From the NCBI GenBank assembly GCA_964016885.1, contig OZ024744.1, positions 8,990,001 through 9,054,000 of the forward strand: DNA of 64,000 nucleotides, given 5' to 3'. The notes below the pieces were generated by a model, which was not told where the DNA came from, made no database searches, and worked only from the letters and a program-made list of their open reading frames with translations. Below, one piece after another: positions 1-13,098 of this stretch. The stretch's first letter is position 1, and each line of letters begins with the position of its first letter. The stretch is from Eledone cirrhosa. Taxonomy: Eukaryota. Both the position numbers and the translations under genes were made by a program.

Positions 1-157
1 TGAAATGTGCTAATGGCCTGAGTAACATGAGGGAGCAGGCGTAGGAAAACAGGAGGAGGTAAGCATCTTTATAAAGAATGTTGTGAACAGCGAATTATTG
101 AATTGAATATTTTCTTTAATATACACCTCATTTATGACGGAAATTATATTTATATAT

Positions 158-247
158 GTACACATACACACACACACTACACACACACACACACACACAC
201 ACACACGTACGTACACACACACGTACGCACGCACACACGCACGCACG

Positions 248-297
<50 letters not shown>
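158..297. repeat. (CA)n microsatellite
   Basis: Dinucleotide run; explains the HTHT/CVCV pseudo-ORFs. Confidence 0.95.
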
Positions 298-299
<2 letters not shown>

Positions 300-390
300 A
301 TTTAACTGAAAGGACTGCGAAGGATAGGCGGCTCGTAACAACAGAGAAATAAATATCTTCGTTGGTATAATGTTTGTGTTGGGATAGGTC

Positions 391-412
391 AGATAGATAG
401 ATAGATTGATAG

Positions 413-509
<97 letters not shown>

Positions 510-525
510 CGGAGAGAGAGAGAGA
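391..525. repeat. (AGAT)n plus (AG)n microsatellite
   Basis: Read directly from the sequence. Confidence 0.95.
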
Positions 526-893
526 AATAAACCACGTCCATACGAATAATTGATAGAAAGAAAGGAATAAAATGGACGCGTGGTAACTGCTTGAAGACTT
601 GATAGCTGATGAGCGTATTTTAATATTTGTGATCTCTCAACCATTCTATTTCTTCCTTTCAATTATTTGAGTCAACTCACTTCCAGCCGTTTTATCATTT
701 CTGTCCTTCCAACGACGTTTCAACAGTATTTTGCTGTTTTAAGAGTTTCCTTATGCCGAGTTTTTCCATTTTCCTACGAATTATAACACTCTCGCGTCTT
801 GAAACTCGATATTCGTGTTAATTTTGTTTATATATATATAGTAGTGATAGAGTGAAGAATAACATGGTCTGCTGTACAAAAAGGGTTTATTTA

Positions 894-1008
894 CAGTATT
901 AACAATTGTTTCATTGATCAGGTGAGTCTAAAGGCCGCTAATCACTCGAAGTTGCGTCACTTGACCTTAAATACAGTGTGTGTCTCTGATCAAATCATCG
1001 TAATACTG
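894..1008 (-). ncRNA. Type-I hammerhead ribozyme, core mutated, large stem-II insert
   Basis: cagtatt-ACGATGA-t-ttgatcag...ctgatcaa-t-GAAAC-aatt-GTT-aatactg: 7-bp stem I, 8-bp stem II, palindromic stem III; CTGATGA has decayed to ACGATGA. Confidence 0.7.
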
Positions 1009-1483
1009 GAGGGTGTAACACATGGCATTGGTATTTATAGATACATCGGAGAATCAAGTGAATGAAAATAATAACATCAATAATAACAGATAATAAAAGA
1101 TAATAATAATAAAGAAGTTATAAGGAAAATGGTAAAGATGTAGAAAATTAGTAAAAAATAAGTACAAAATACGATTGCTGATAATAGTAGGAGTAGTGGT
1201 GGTAGTTGAAGTTATAGTGGTGAGTAAGTGGATGTGTAAAATAGTGATGATGGTAAAGATAACAATAACATGAAAAGTATACGAAATACGTGATATGTCG
1301 TATATAGAGTTTATAAATTGGCGAAATAAAAATGCAAGAGGTACAATAAAATCTCAGAGGATTAAAATAAAAAAAATGAAAAATAAGGAGTAAAAGAGTA
1401 AGAGATAAGGGTCAGGAGACAGAGAGTGAGGATAAGTATACGAGGGTGAGGAATAAAGGGTAGGACTAAAGACGGGGAAGCAG

Positions 1484-1496
1484 TAGATAGATAGAC

Positions 1497-1581
<85 letters not shown>
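1484..1581. repeat. (AGAT)n microsatellite
   Basis: Read directly from the sequence. Confidence 0.95.
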
Positions 1582-1583
<2 letters not shown>

Positions 1584-2120
1584 GAAAGGGGCAGTGATGA
1601 TATATGGGTGATTAATGTCTGGCAGATTGATTGTTTTATCTTAATGGAGGTGATGCGGCTATAGAAAGAGAGAGTGAAAGAAATGTTGGGAGATTCATGA
1701 TGTTGATTTAATGATCGGTTGGTCGGTTGACAGCTAATAACAGAGGAGTGGTGTGAAGCTAGTACATTAAAACCCGGTGGTTTCGACCGAATTCTGAGAT
1801 TGCTGGATCGAATCATGCTGGTTGTAGTTTGAAGATATAGAGAATTTGGTGGCTGCTTTGTGCCTACAGAAAATTGATCGTTCTATCTTGTTGTTAAGCA
1901 TCATTTGATCATACTTATGGAGCAGCTCCATATTGCATAGTTTGCTGTGGGACATTCCATTTTCGTAGGCCCTTGCACCCGATAACTTCGACCAGCTAAT
2001 CTCATATTCCTAGTTTATGTCCTTAAGCTGCCAGATCTTATTGGCCAGCGTCGTTGTGTTCAAGTCTACGGCTTTTTATAGAATGCGTATGCACATACCA
2101 TCTTTATATATATATATATA

Positions 2121-2385
2121 GTGAAAGTGTGAAGAATAACATGGTGAACAGTACAAAAAGGTTTTATTTACAGTATTAATAATTGTTTCATTAGGCTGTC
2201 TAAAGATTTCTAATCACTTGAGTTATTCTGATGATTTGATTAGGCATACATTGTATTTAAGATTGAGTGACACAACTTTAAGTGATTAGCAATCTTTAGA
2301 TACCCTACTCAATTAAACAATTGTTAATACTGTAAATAAAACCCTTTTTGTACTGTTAACCATAATATTCTTCACTCTTACTATT
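2121..2385. mobile_element. Inverted PLE pLTR pair with degenerate HHR (2224-2329, + strand)
   Basis: 2121-2225 is an imperfect reverse complement of ~2275-2381; same family as 841-1008; tatt-CTGATGA...TAAAC-aatt-GTT-aata (G12 lost). Confidence 0.65.
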
Positions 2386-2529
2386 ATTACGTCAAGAATA
2401 ACCTGCTTAGGAATTCCGGGGAACTCGCAACCTCTTGTTGAGTCAAACAACGCCGTACGTTAAAACTATCCACAGTACAGCGTACTCACAACCTCTAACT
2501 GGCTTACCTATAACGATAACTTGTTATCA

Positions 2530-2561
<32 letters not shown>

Positions 2562-2677
2562 CTCCTTTGCTCTTTTACGCGTGTCAGCCGACTGACTGAG
2601 GCGATGCTGGAGCACCAATGGGCGTGTATGTGTGTGAGTGTGCTTGTGTGTATGTGTGTATGTTTATATATGTACAT

Positions 2678-2731
<54 letters not shown>

Positions 2732-2824
2732 TGTGTGTATATGTATGTAAGTACGTATGTATGTGTGTATGTATGCATGCATGTGTGCGTATGTATGTAT
2801 ATAAGTATGTATGTATGATTGTAT

Positions 2825-2983
2825 GTATCTCTCTTAATTCCGAGTACAAATTTGAGAGGCCAACTTCCTGCTGGGAAGGTTGTAAAAGAAAACAAATTGT
2901 CATTCTTTCAATCGCAAAATCTTTTGCAAATTTTGAAGGTGCCAGATATCGCAGCAATTTGTAGTCTATGAACTAGGGAGTTG
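2825..2983 (-). mobile_element. Short 5'-truncated R4/Dong-like LINE 3' end
   Basis: Diverged copy of ~3005-3170 (ORF end plus 3' UTR), flanked by (ATGT)n. Confidence 0.75.
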
Positions 2984-3004
2984 TATGTATGTATGTATGT
3001 ATGT

Positions 3005-4175
3005 TTTCTCTTTCTCTTAATTTTGAGTATATTTTTTTGACCGGCCACCTTCCTGGTGGCAAGGTTGTAAAAGAAAAGAAATTGTCATCCCTTGAATCGC
3101 AAGAATGTTTTGCAAATTTTGAAGGTGCCACCTATCGCAGCCATCTGCAGACTATGAATTAGGGAGCTGCGCTTTTTGTCCGCAAATCCAAGTTCAGTCA
3201 TACTTTGGTCCAAGCGGGTTGGTATATAACCCGTAGCACCAATAATGATGGGTATGAAGCTAAAGGTGTATCTTGGATACTGGATTTGTAAACTCCTCAT
3301 CAATGGTCCGTAGATGTCCTCCTTCTCCTGTATTTTTCTGACAACGTTTACATCAAGTGGGCAGCTGATCTCCACAACAGAACACGTTTTCAATGTGTGG
3401 TCCCAAACTACAATATCAGGCCGGTTGTGCTTTAATTTGGTGGCAGTTTTTATTTTCAGGTTCCACCAGTATTCCTTAGTGCCATCTGTCTCAATATATT
3501 CTTCCTCGTTTGTTGTTAATTTTGTTTTCCGAAGTGCGTTCCAGATGGTTCTAGCTATCCCATCGTGTCTCATGGGGAGGTAGTAGCGAGATGACATTCT
3601 TTCGCAGCTGGCAACAATGTGACTTACATCCTCGATCTTTGTTTTACATAGCCTACATTTATTGTCAGCTGCTGGCCCTCCTCTTTTGTGCAGCAGATAT
3701 TTGGTAGGGAGTTCTTGTTCCTGTATTGAATAGAGATATCCCTCAAGGTGTGATGTCATAAACTTGTCGGAACTCCATGCCAGGCTTTTTGAGTGGTTTA
3801 TCCCCTCTATGGTCTGTGTTTTACGCCTCAAGTATCCATGCACAACTTTTTCTGTAAATTGGTCAATTTTTTTTTGTTGTTTGAACATTGAATAGGATCT
3901 TCCGATTTCTCTGGGTGAGAGATTTATATCGGGCTTTATTCCATATCTCTCCTCCAGATCAGTCGCTATTCTAATGATATTTCTTTTTTCATGGTCATAA
4001 ACCTGGGCAAGATGGTTGCCAACCTTTTTCCTCTGTTGAAGGTGTTGCTTCAGTGTCACTATCCGGGTCTCATATGTTGTTAATATTGATTTTAGACCCC
4101 GGCCACCTTCCTTGCGTGAGAAGTATAGCCTATCCACATCACCATTGATGTTAAAGTTCCCAGTAACACTGAGAA
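3005..4175 (-). mobile_element. R4/Dong-clade RLE LINE, 5'-truncated
   Basis: ORF 3085-4137: DRLY..GGRGL thumb, CRLC...HIVASC zinc knuckle, RH motif, RPDIVV...VEISCP restriction-like endonuclease; (ATGT)n on both sides. Confidence 0.9.
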
Positions 4176-4408
4176 GTTTTTATGTATGTATATATGTATG
4201 TATGTATGTATGTTCTGCTATTATAATTTCACAAAGTGTTACCAATAGAGAGAGAGTCGGTTTCTAACATAGACACAAGACTCTCTCATTGGAATTTACA
4301 CAACATCAACTAGGTAGATATGTATGTATGTCTGCATGTGTAGATATGGATGTTATTGTATGTGTGGATGTGAATGTTTTGAGTTGTATGTGTGCATGTG
4401 TATATGCT

Positions 4409-5898
4409 TTGTATTTGTAATTGTACTTGTGTAAAAATTCACCCTGGACGGGTTGAGTCGGCTTCTTTCCTGTCCTCTCGAACCATGGCAGCCCACGCAC
4501 GACGATCCCGGGCTAGGTCACTGGAGATAGCGAGCCAGTCACGGTTCCATCGGCGCACAGGCCGACCACCTGCGGACCTGAGAGTTTGGAGAGGTCCTCC
4601 TTGATCGTCGTTGCCCAGGTCTTCAGCTGCCCGCCAACGCGCTTCCGCCAGTTAGGGAGGTGTGAGGAGAACATCGCGGACCAGCTCACCCTCAGGGCGC
4701 CGGGCTGCGTGACCAAACCATCTCAAGAACCGTTGCAGATGCACTGAAGGAAGGGGTCGCATATTCAAGCGAAGACTAAGATTGGTGGTAGGTACCCGAG
4801 ACGAAGACTGGTGGTAGGTACCAATTTAAAATGGCTGTTCTTCTGTCACTGGATCACCACGTGATGAGGTGACGGCGAGGATGTTGGAACAGGGTGTTGG
4901 GGACGATAAGACGATTGGCATCCGCGAAGGACAGGAGCCAGTCACCATTGTCACAGCGTACGCCTAGGGCGAAGCGTCCTACAATATGCCGTGTTGTATC
5001 ATCAGCTGGCCCCGTCCGCGCGTTCCAGTCCCCAGCGACAATACAAAAATTACTGGAGGGGACGCCATCCACGGTTGTGTGGAGATCGGCATAGAACAGC
5101 GTCTTGTCTGCCTCGTCCGCATTGAGTGTGGGAGCATAGACGGCAATTACGATGACGTTGGAGATTTGACCCTTCAATCGAACCAGCGCGAGTCGGTGTG
5201 AGATCGGCTGCCACGCCAGCAGAGCAGCTTGCGCGTCGGGGTCGAGCGCTACAGCGACCCCGTGAAGGCCACTGTTGTCAGTCACGCCACTATGGTACAA
5301 GTGGTAGGAGATGTACTCGCCAGGAACATTGATCGGAAGATGACCAACATCGGGAAGTCGAACATCTGAAAGACAAGCGACACCAACGCAGTACCTGTGC
5401 AGAGCCTTCATTGTAAATGCCTGGACATCGTCGTCACGAAGTTTTCGGATGTTCCAGCACGCCACCCTCAATTACTTCCTTCGTCTGATGAGCGGGACTA
5501 CTGCGGGAGTAATCTTTAGAGCCATAGCGGTAGGAGCGCTGTTACTTTGGATTGCGTTCGTAGCGGGAAGGCAATTCGTATTAATAGTTCGCATTTGTAG
5601 GATTCAGGGAAGAAGTGTCATGGAAATTGTGAATTCACAAACGGTCTCCAAAAAACCCGCATGTATATGCCGAGCGAAGGGAAAAAACGTCCTGATTGCC
5701 GCAGATTCTCCACAGACGCAGGGACAAGATACGACCCGAAGCGGCCGGTTGTCAGAGCCCATTTTGCCGGGTTGCGGCCCTAATACCGCTGGGTGCCAGA
5801 CCAATCCGCCTTGGATGGCCCTACCAGAAACCGAAGTTCCCGACGGCATAACACTACCTACCACGTTGAGGAGGGTTTGGATTTTAGGTTGGGGGTAG
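4409..5898 (-). mobile_element. RTE-clade LINE with internal deletion
   Basis: APE endonuclease 4854-5471 (WNIR, VYAPT, GDWNAR) lies close to an RTE C-terminus (GGQLKTWATTIKEDL...DRRAWAA) and an ACAAGT-like tandem tail; the RT is missing. Confidence 0.8.
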
Positions 5899-5900
5899 TG

Positions 5901-8900
5901 TCAGTGAACTGCATTGTACAGTATTTTGGCCACTACATCATGCCTCATAGGTAGATAGTACCGCGATGACATCTTTGGAGAGCTGCTGATGACATGGGTG
6001 ATATCCTCGATGTTAGTTCTGCAGAGTCTGCACTTGTTATCACATCTAGGTGTTTTGCCTGCATCCCTATCTCTTTTGTGAATCAGGTATTTCGTGTTAA
6101 TCTCCTTTTCTTGGATTGCAAAAGCGTATCCTTCAAATAGGGAGACAATAGAGCGGTTGTTGGTCCAAGATAAACTACTTTCCTTATCTATATTACTCTC
6201 ACTCTGAAGCTTCCTGGCAACATATCCATGCATGATTTTTTGCTGATAAGCATGCACTTTTTCATCCATGGATTCACTGCGATACTGCTGAGCGACATCC
6301 CTGGGTGTGAGATTTTGATTATCACACAGGGAATATCTCTCAAGGAGTTCCTTCCAAACTCTCATGATCTTATCTGTTTCATGTAGATAGACTTTCTTGA
6401 GAAATGGGCTGCTACGCTGCGAGGTTCGTAGATGTTGTCGGAGATATATGATGCGACATTCAAATATTGTCTGGACTGATGTTAGGCCCCTGCCTCCCTG
6501 CTTACGTTTCAAGTAAAGGTGGTCTATGTCACTGTTGATGTGGAAGTTTCCAGTGTTGTTTAGTATTTTTCGAGTTCCAACATCAACTGCTCGGATTTCG
6601 TCTATCGTCCAATTGAGTATTCTAAACGTTGGTGTTAGGACAGGCACAGCAAACACATTGTGAGCCATTGTTTTGTTTTGCGCAGAGAGTTCCGATAACC
6701 AGATCTTTCTTAATCGGGTGTATTATTCCCTGGTTACGCGTTCTTTATTACAGATACCATTATAGGATATGTTCTCATCTATCCCCAGGTATCTGTAGCA
6801 GTCCTCATCAGATATCGGTGAAACAGTTAGGCCATTGATGACAATGTTGCTAGATTGGGTTGTTGTTTTTCCCCGCTTTACAGTCATGTATGAGCATTTA
6901 TCTTGGCCAAACTCCATTCTTATATCCTTTGAAAATGTTGTAACCAGGTCAAGATTTTTCTTCATCCCATCTATGTTCTTGGCATAGAATTTCAGATCGT
7001 CCACAAAGAAGTTATGGGTTAGGTTCGTATTTCTGTCCTCCTGTGGGCCAATGATGTATCCCTCAGATTTCTTGAGCAGAAAGGACAAGGAGTTTAATGA
7101 CAAGATGAATAATATCACAGAGAGACTGTCTCCCTGAAATATACCCTTGCGATATTTTATTTTATCAGTGAAAATAGAGTCCGCCCTCTCTGTCTTTAAC
7201 CTTAGGATCGTAACCCAAGAAGAAGACAGCCTCTCTATGGCTCTGACAATAATGTATGGGACTTTAGCAAGTTGGAGGGCCTCTATCATCCAAGAGTGGG
7301 GAACAGAATTGAAAGCTTTCCTGTAGTCCAGCCAGAGTGTAGTCATATTCCTCCTAAGTTGTCGCACCCCCGACATCGCAGTTTTGTTTATTAGCAGTTG
7401 CACACACACTAACTCTTTCCAGATGCTTGTTCATCTGTGATGTTATTATTTTCATAGTGATCTTGGAAGAATAGGTTCAGGCAGGCTGTATACATCTTAT
7501 ACATCAGGTTCTGGCATGCAATGGGTCGGTAGTTTTTTGCCAAGTGGGTGTCTTTGTTCTTGGGGACCAGTAATGTTTGTGCTAATGTCAACCATTCTGG
7601 TAAAAGTGTATCTCTCTTAAGAACTTGTTGGTAGAAGTCAGTAAGATACCTCCGATAGAATATTAGTTTTTTGTACCAGTAGCCGACAATCACGTCTCTT
7701 CCTGGTGTTTTCTTATCTTGGAGTTTTCCTATCATAGTCTCTAGGGTACCCTCACTTATTTCGTATGTTTTTGTTGTAGTGTAGGAGCAATAGTTCTTTC
7801 GGATTTCTCTTAGCCACACTGCATCTTGGTTGAAATTCTTCTTTTCATCCCATATTTTCCTCCAAAAGGAATCTATGCCTTTCAGTGACACTTATTATTT
7901 TGTTCTTCATATCTCTATAGACTGATGTTTGGTTTCGTCTGAATCTTTTATTAAGAACTTTTCTCTCATCTACCTTCTTCAAGTATCGGCGTTTTTCGCT
8001 AACAGCTCTCAATTCTTGTTTGAGGGTGATCAGCTTATATTGGAGAGTTCTGCTTCTACTGTTACCAAACATCGTCTCTATTTTATTTTTCACTCTTTGT
8101 TGGTGAGGAGTGAGGTTTTTTTGTGTTTATTTGCATGTAAGGAGCATTGTCACATATCCTATGTTTTCGTATGTCAGCACTCTTTTTTTCTATTTTAGTT
8201 ATATATGATGGTATTTTTGGTGGTGTTTTGTTCTTGTTAATATCTCTGCTATCACCAAGATAATACTTCACTGTCGTTGCTAAGGCATATAAACAGGCGT
8301 TGATTTGCCAAAATGTTGGGGGTTTTATCCGTCGTAAATATTCATCACCTATTTCGTCAAAAACACGTAATATTTCATTATTTGGTTTTTTATTAAACAT
8401 TGTCGTTTTAATACGTTCAGCAAGAGAGATATTTATACATGAATTTATTTATTTATGGAAGATTCCGTTGAGGGAAAATTTCAATTGTTTATACTTTTGA
8501 TTATTATCATTGTCGATAGTATTTTCCACAACAGTCGAGGTAGACTCGGATGGTACACGTGGTGTGAAATTTCTTCGATTATTAATATTATCGATAGTGT
8601 TTTTCCCCCGCATTCGAGGTAGACTTAGATGGTACAGGTGGTATGTTTCTTACAGGCATAGTTGTTTCAAGGCACTGTTCGACCTGGCTGCTAGGAAGTC
8701 TAGTAACGTGGCGACCTGTAGCACGTGTTGTTGATAACATGTTTGTTGTGGGAGACTTACAATTAATAATATTTATCTTATTTTTACGTTCAACAATCGT
8801 CGCTTGTTGGCGTAATTGTTTCGCTGTGAAATAATTTAGCTCTGGGTGTATTTCGTCCCAGTGTAGCTTCATTCTATTCATATAGCCAATGGAGGGATTG

Positions 8901-9090
8901 TTTTTTGCCATTTTATAACAATTAAATAAATCATTATTAAGTTCGCAACTCCAAGAGAAATGCGATTTATAATTTCGGTTTCTTCTCTAGCTACAACTGA
9001 ATAAAGTTTGTTTACCTTTCTTGTTTGTCTTCGGTACTTCCTTAATTTTGTCGTTGATGTGTTCAGCCATGCTGTTTGTAGCAAATCCTT
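5901..9090 (-). mobile_element. R4/Dong-clade LINE, frameshifted, 3'-truncated
   Basis: N-terminal GYMNRMKLHW motif, NYRPIAC, WLDYRKAF, GIFQGDSLS, FVDD, YLGI, GGRGL and CRLC knuckle across ORFs 8588-8911, 7409-7891, 6723-7409 and 5901-6668. Confidence 0.9.
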
Positions 9091-9285
9091 GTAAAATGAA
9101 TTATGTATTTAGTCGGATATCTCTACGAATTCGAATAAAAGGTATCTTCAGAAGATATAGTTAGAAGAATAACCAGTTATTCAACATGACTGCAGTTGTG
9201 GCATTACTGTCGGAGATAGTATTCATCTTAAATTTAATAAATAGTCTCCCGCCCCAAAATATGCGACTGATCGCGTTGACTGTTG

Positions 9286-9436
9286 TATGTATATGTGCGA
9301 GTGTGTGTATGTATGTATGTATGTATGTATGTATGTATGTATGTATGTATGTATGTATGTATGTATGTATGTATGTATGTATGTATGCATGCATGTATGT
9401 GTGTATTTATGTATGTATGCGTGTATATATGTATGT
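9286..9436. repeat. (ATGT)n microsatellite
   Basis: Read directly from the sequence. Confidence 0.9.
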
Positions 9437-11051
9437 AGCTACAAATATTTGTCGGTGTGTTGAATGTTGGATATATTTTTGCGATACTGCAAAATATTTC
9501 GTGTAAATGTATACTGAGAGACACAACATTGCATATGTGCCTATAGAAAGAGATAAGTACATGTTATGTATATATGTATCATGTTGTTAAGTTGCGATAA
9601 CTACTCACAGGATGAGTGGAGTTTCTCATACTAGAGAAGCATATGAGCTGTTTAGGTTTATTTGAAAATTCCAATGAATGGTTTTTGTGTAGAAAACTTG
9701 ACGTAAGTTGAGAATTCTAGGTGTTAGATTTGCTGAAAAAATGCTCGGGGATAATATTTAGTGTGGAATTATGGGGAAGAGCATCGAGAAGAAGATGAAG
9801 TGAAGGAGATAAATGGGAGGAGACGGTAAACGGATTGTTTGAAATGGTAGTAGAAATGACTAGAAAAAAAACAGTGTTTATATGTATGCTAATGGCTGTA
9901 AAGTTTTCTTGGGGTATCTTTGCCAATAAACTCGTGGCTGTTATTTTTGATGTTGTCTAGAATGTAACTAGAAATGTATGTATTTTATTACAAGAAGAAC
10001 TAACCAAAGGATTCGCATTCCGGATTTTAATTCACTGTTACGGTTCGTTGATTTCGTAAAAGTGAAATGCACTGCAGGTATACGAAATAATTATTTCTCA
10101 TATATGTACAGGTACAAGACCGGAAATTATGGGGTAAGTAGGTTAGTATGTTAAATAAACCTCAGTATTTCACAAGTATCTTGTTTTATTAAAAGAAAAG
10201 CGACGTTGATTTTAGTCAATACGTATCAGACGTAAAAATCAATACAAAATCGATTTTGCTCCTGCCACTAGACTAAATATCGTTTTTTTTTATCCCTTAT
10301 GTATTTAAAATTCTATATATTTTGGGATTTATTGGTTATCATTTTCATTAATTCCTCAGGCTACGTACACAAATAGAATCACGTAAATGAACATTTCTCT
10401 GTGAGGGGAAATGAAAAAGAATAGGAAAAGGAACCGATTGACAAGATCCCAAACTTCCTTACCGACTGTGATCTCGTGAGATCGGAGGATACAATGTTTC
10501 CATTGGTCTTTCCATTGCTGACATTATCTACCGCTCTTGGCAGAAAGTGCAATGTGAAATAAAGTATCTTGCTCAAGTATAAAATGCATCTCTCTGTCCG
10601 GATTCACAATCGTGAATCCAATTCCCTGACCACTAAGTCAACCATTTTCACGGAAATGAAATTGCAAGTAATTTGTAGATTAGAACTAGAGTGGTGGAAA
10701 TTGTAAAATATATATGCATGGTACCGTCAATCCCAAGGGAGTCGTTGGAGCGCCGTACTAATATATAGTGTTTCTGTGGCACTGTTTTAAACCTGACAGA
10801 GTCCATCTCCTAACCAAGTCTGAATACAGCAGATATCTTCCAGAGAAAGATACAGAGAGAGAGAATGGAAGTGAGAAAGATATATAGAGGAAGAATCGAC
10901 TCCAGTACTAGACTGGTACTTTTTTCTTTTGACAGTCTGAATGAGATGGAGGTGCAGAACCCAACGAAACTTAAGTACCTTCTTTAGAAATCCGATATGT
11001 TTATACATATTTGTATAACGCTATGCTTGAAGCGAAATCCTATTTCTCTCT

Positions 11052-11052
11052 C

Positions 11053-11144
<92 letters not shown>

Positions 11145-11215
11145 CGCGCGCGTGTGTGCGTGTGTGTGTGTGTGCGTGTGTGTATGTGTCTGTGTGTGTG
11201 TGTGTGTGTGTGTGT
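11052..11215. repeat. (TA)n(TG)n microsatellite
   Basis: Read directly from the sequence. Confidence 0.95.
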
Positions 11216-11831
11216 ACTCCAGCTCTGTGCCTTATGAGTTCAAATTCCGCCTCCTAATGCCAGAAAAGCGGTGACACTTCTGAATTGAGGTGTAACTGAT
11301 AGACAGTATCATTGCCAGATTAATGGAAGTATTGTTTGGTCTAATCTGACAATCAGATTATTTCTTTTTTCATTCTTTTTTCTTTCCTTCCTTCTTTCTT
11401 TATTTTTCTCTTGTTTCTTTTTCTCTAGCTCCAGCATAGCGGATACCTAAATGTATTGGTGAATTTTACGTCAAATAATAATAATATTTGTTTCGTTTCC
11501 AAGCAAACAGCCTCGTTACGGTATATTTTAGATGACCACCGTCATCTAGTGGTAGCACAGAGAAACAACCGACAATTGTTTCAGGGTTATTATCCTTTTC
11601 TCTCACACATAGAACAAAGCTGTTTGCTTGGAAACGAATCGAATATTATTATAATTGGAAATATTATAATTCGGATGCATTTACTGAGACTCTACTAGGT
11701 TAGAAAGTTTGGATTTTGTTTCTGAATTTCGATGGACACACTAATACAGAGATGTACACGAATGTCTCTCCCTGGTGTATACGTTCAATACTTTGAAATA
11801 AAATGCACTTCAAACCCTTCACTATATAAGT

Positions 11832-11975
11832 TATGGCACATGGCTTAGTGGTTAGAGCATTGGGCTTGCAATCGAAAGGTTGTGAGTTCAATTCTCAGAC
11901 CGGGTGATGTGTTGTTTCCTTGAGCAAGATACTTTATTTCACATTGCTCCAGTTTACTCAGCTAAAGAAATGAGA
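11832..11975 (+). mobile_element. tRNA-derived SINE (second family, CORE-like body)
   Basis: A-box TGGCTTAGTGG, B-box GAGTTCAATTC, then tccttgagcaagatact; a degenerate antisense copy lies at ~10545-10645. Confidence 0.7.
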
Positions 11976-12305
11976 TGATAGGGAGTGAGGTCCCTATCAT
12001 TAAATTACTCAAGACACCTCCAACAAGATATACTTTGGAGGAGGCCAGCTAAACCTGCATAGGTGTGAGCTGTAACACACACTATATACGGCGCATTACA
12101 CTAACATTCTAAAATATCCATTACGTCTTCGATTAAGTTTATTTTTAAGTTTCATCTAAATTTCTTCAGACACCGAATCCCACCACCCGCTGCCATCTTG
12201 GAACTTTACCTCTTTTATCTTCATATAAATGAATGACTTGACCAGATGCTATGACTATAGAAATTTGGACTATCACCTGATACGTTAGCTCACTGTAATT
12301 ATAAT

Positions 12306-12485
12306 TGTTTCTACTTTTGGCACAAGGCCAGCAATTACCCTCCGTGTATTACTGGTACTTTATTTTATCGACCCCGTGAGGATGAAAAGCAAAGTTAACC
12401 TCGGCTGGATTTGAATTCAGAATCGAAAGGGCCGTAACTATGCGTCAAAGCATGGTGTCTGACCCTCTACCGGTACTGCCAATCC
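12306..12485 (-). mobile_element. tRNA-derived SINE (main family)
   Basis: Reverse strand: A-box tggcagtaccggtag, B-box-like ttcaaatcc, body (c)tttcatcctcacggggtcgataaaataaagtaccag, tail gtagaaaca. Confidence 0.85.
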
Positions 12486-12498
12486 AACCCTCCTGTAA

Positions 12499-13098
12499 GT
12501 TTCTACTTTTGGCACAAGGCCAGCAATTTCCCCAGTACATTACTGGTACTTTATTTTATCGACCCCGTAAGGATGAAAGGCAAAGTAGATATATAGTCAA
12601 GTCACGTGACATCTAATATGTTAGATGCTACAGAGCCGATATTAGAAACTGAACATCAACCGAATCACCATAGCCAGTCATAAAAGGTCGGCATTATTGA
12701 AAGCCATTACGTCCCTTTACGATGTGAGTTCAAAACCCGTTGATGTTAACTTTACCTTTCATCCTTACGGGATCGATAAAATAAAGTACCAGTAATGTAC
12801 TGGGTAATTGCTGGCCTTGAGCCAATAGTAGAAACAGTTTTTAAAAGTCAAGGGTGGCCGAAGTTAGCTTTGCCTTTCATCCTTACAAGGTTGATAAAAT
12901 AAAGTACCAGTGATGCATTGGAATCGATATGAACGAATGTCTCCTCGCCCAGAATAGTTGGCCATTTGCCTAATTCTGAAACCATTATTAAAAGTCACTA
13001 GCAGAAAAACTTTGCCTTTCATCCTTACGGGGTCGATAAAATAAAGTACCAGTAATGTAGTGAGTAATTGCTGGCCTTGTGCCAAAAAGTAGAAACAA
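12499..13098. mobile_element. Cluster of four partial main-family SINE copies in both orientations
   Basis: 12499-12586 (-), 12710-12838 (+), 12868-12920 (+), 13010-13098 (+). Confidence 0.8.

Larger units (their letters stand above)
841..2095 (-). mobile_element. Decayed Penelope-like element 3' end (Naiad-like GIY-YIG C-terminus, 3' UTR and pLTR)
   Basis: Minus strand ~2060-1900 reads TTLANKIWQLKDIN*EYEISWSKLSGARAYENGMSHSKLCNMELL, resembling the C-terminal part of Naiad-type GIY-YIG domains. An HHR-bearing terminus ends at (TA)n near 840. Confidence 0.55.

Noticed and set aside
10-662. ORFs rich in CV/HT/YI/LS dipeptides here and throughout the window
   Set aside because: They are translations of stop-free microsatellites, not genes.
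5600-5898. HDV-like ribozyme at the RTE 5' end
   Set aside because: The double pseudoknot could not be built by eye; it needs a descriptor search.
9118-9158. HHR-like motif upstream of the Dong element (- strand CTGAAGA..GAATTCGTA)
   Set aside because: Stem II and GAAA are too degenerate to support a call.
11832-11900. tRNA gene
   Set aside because: A and B boxes are present but there is no convincing cloverleaf, and it continues into a SINE body.
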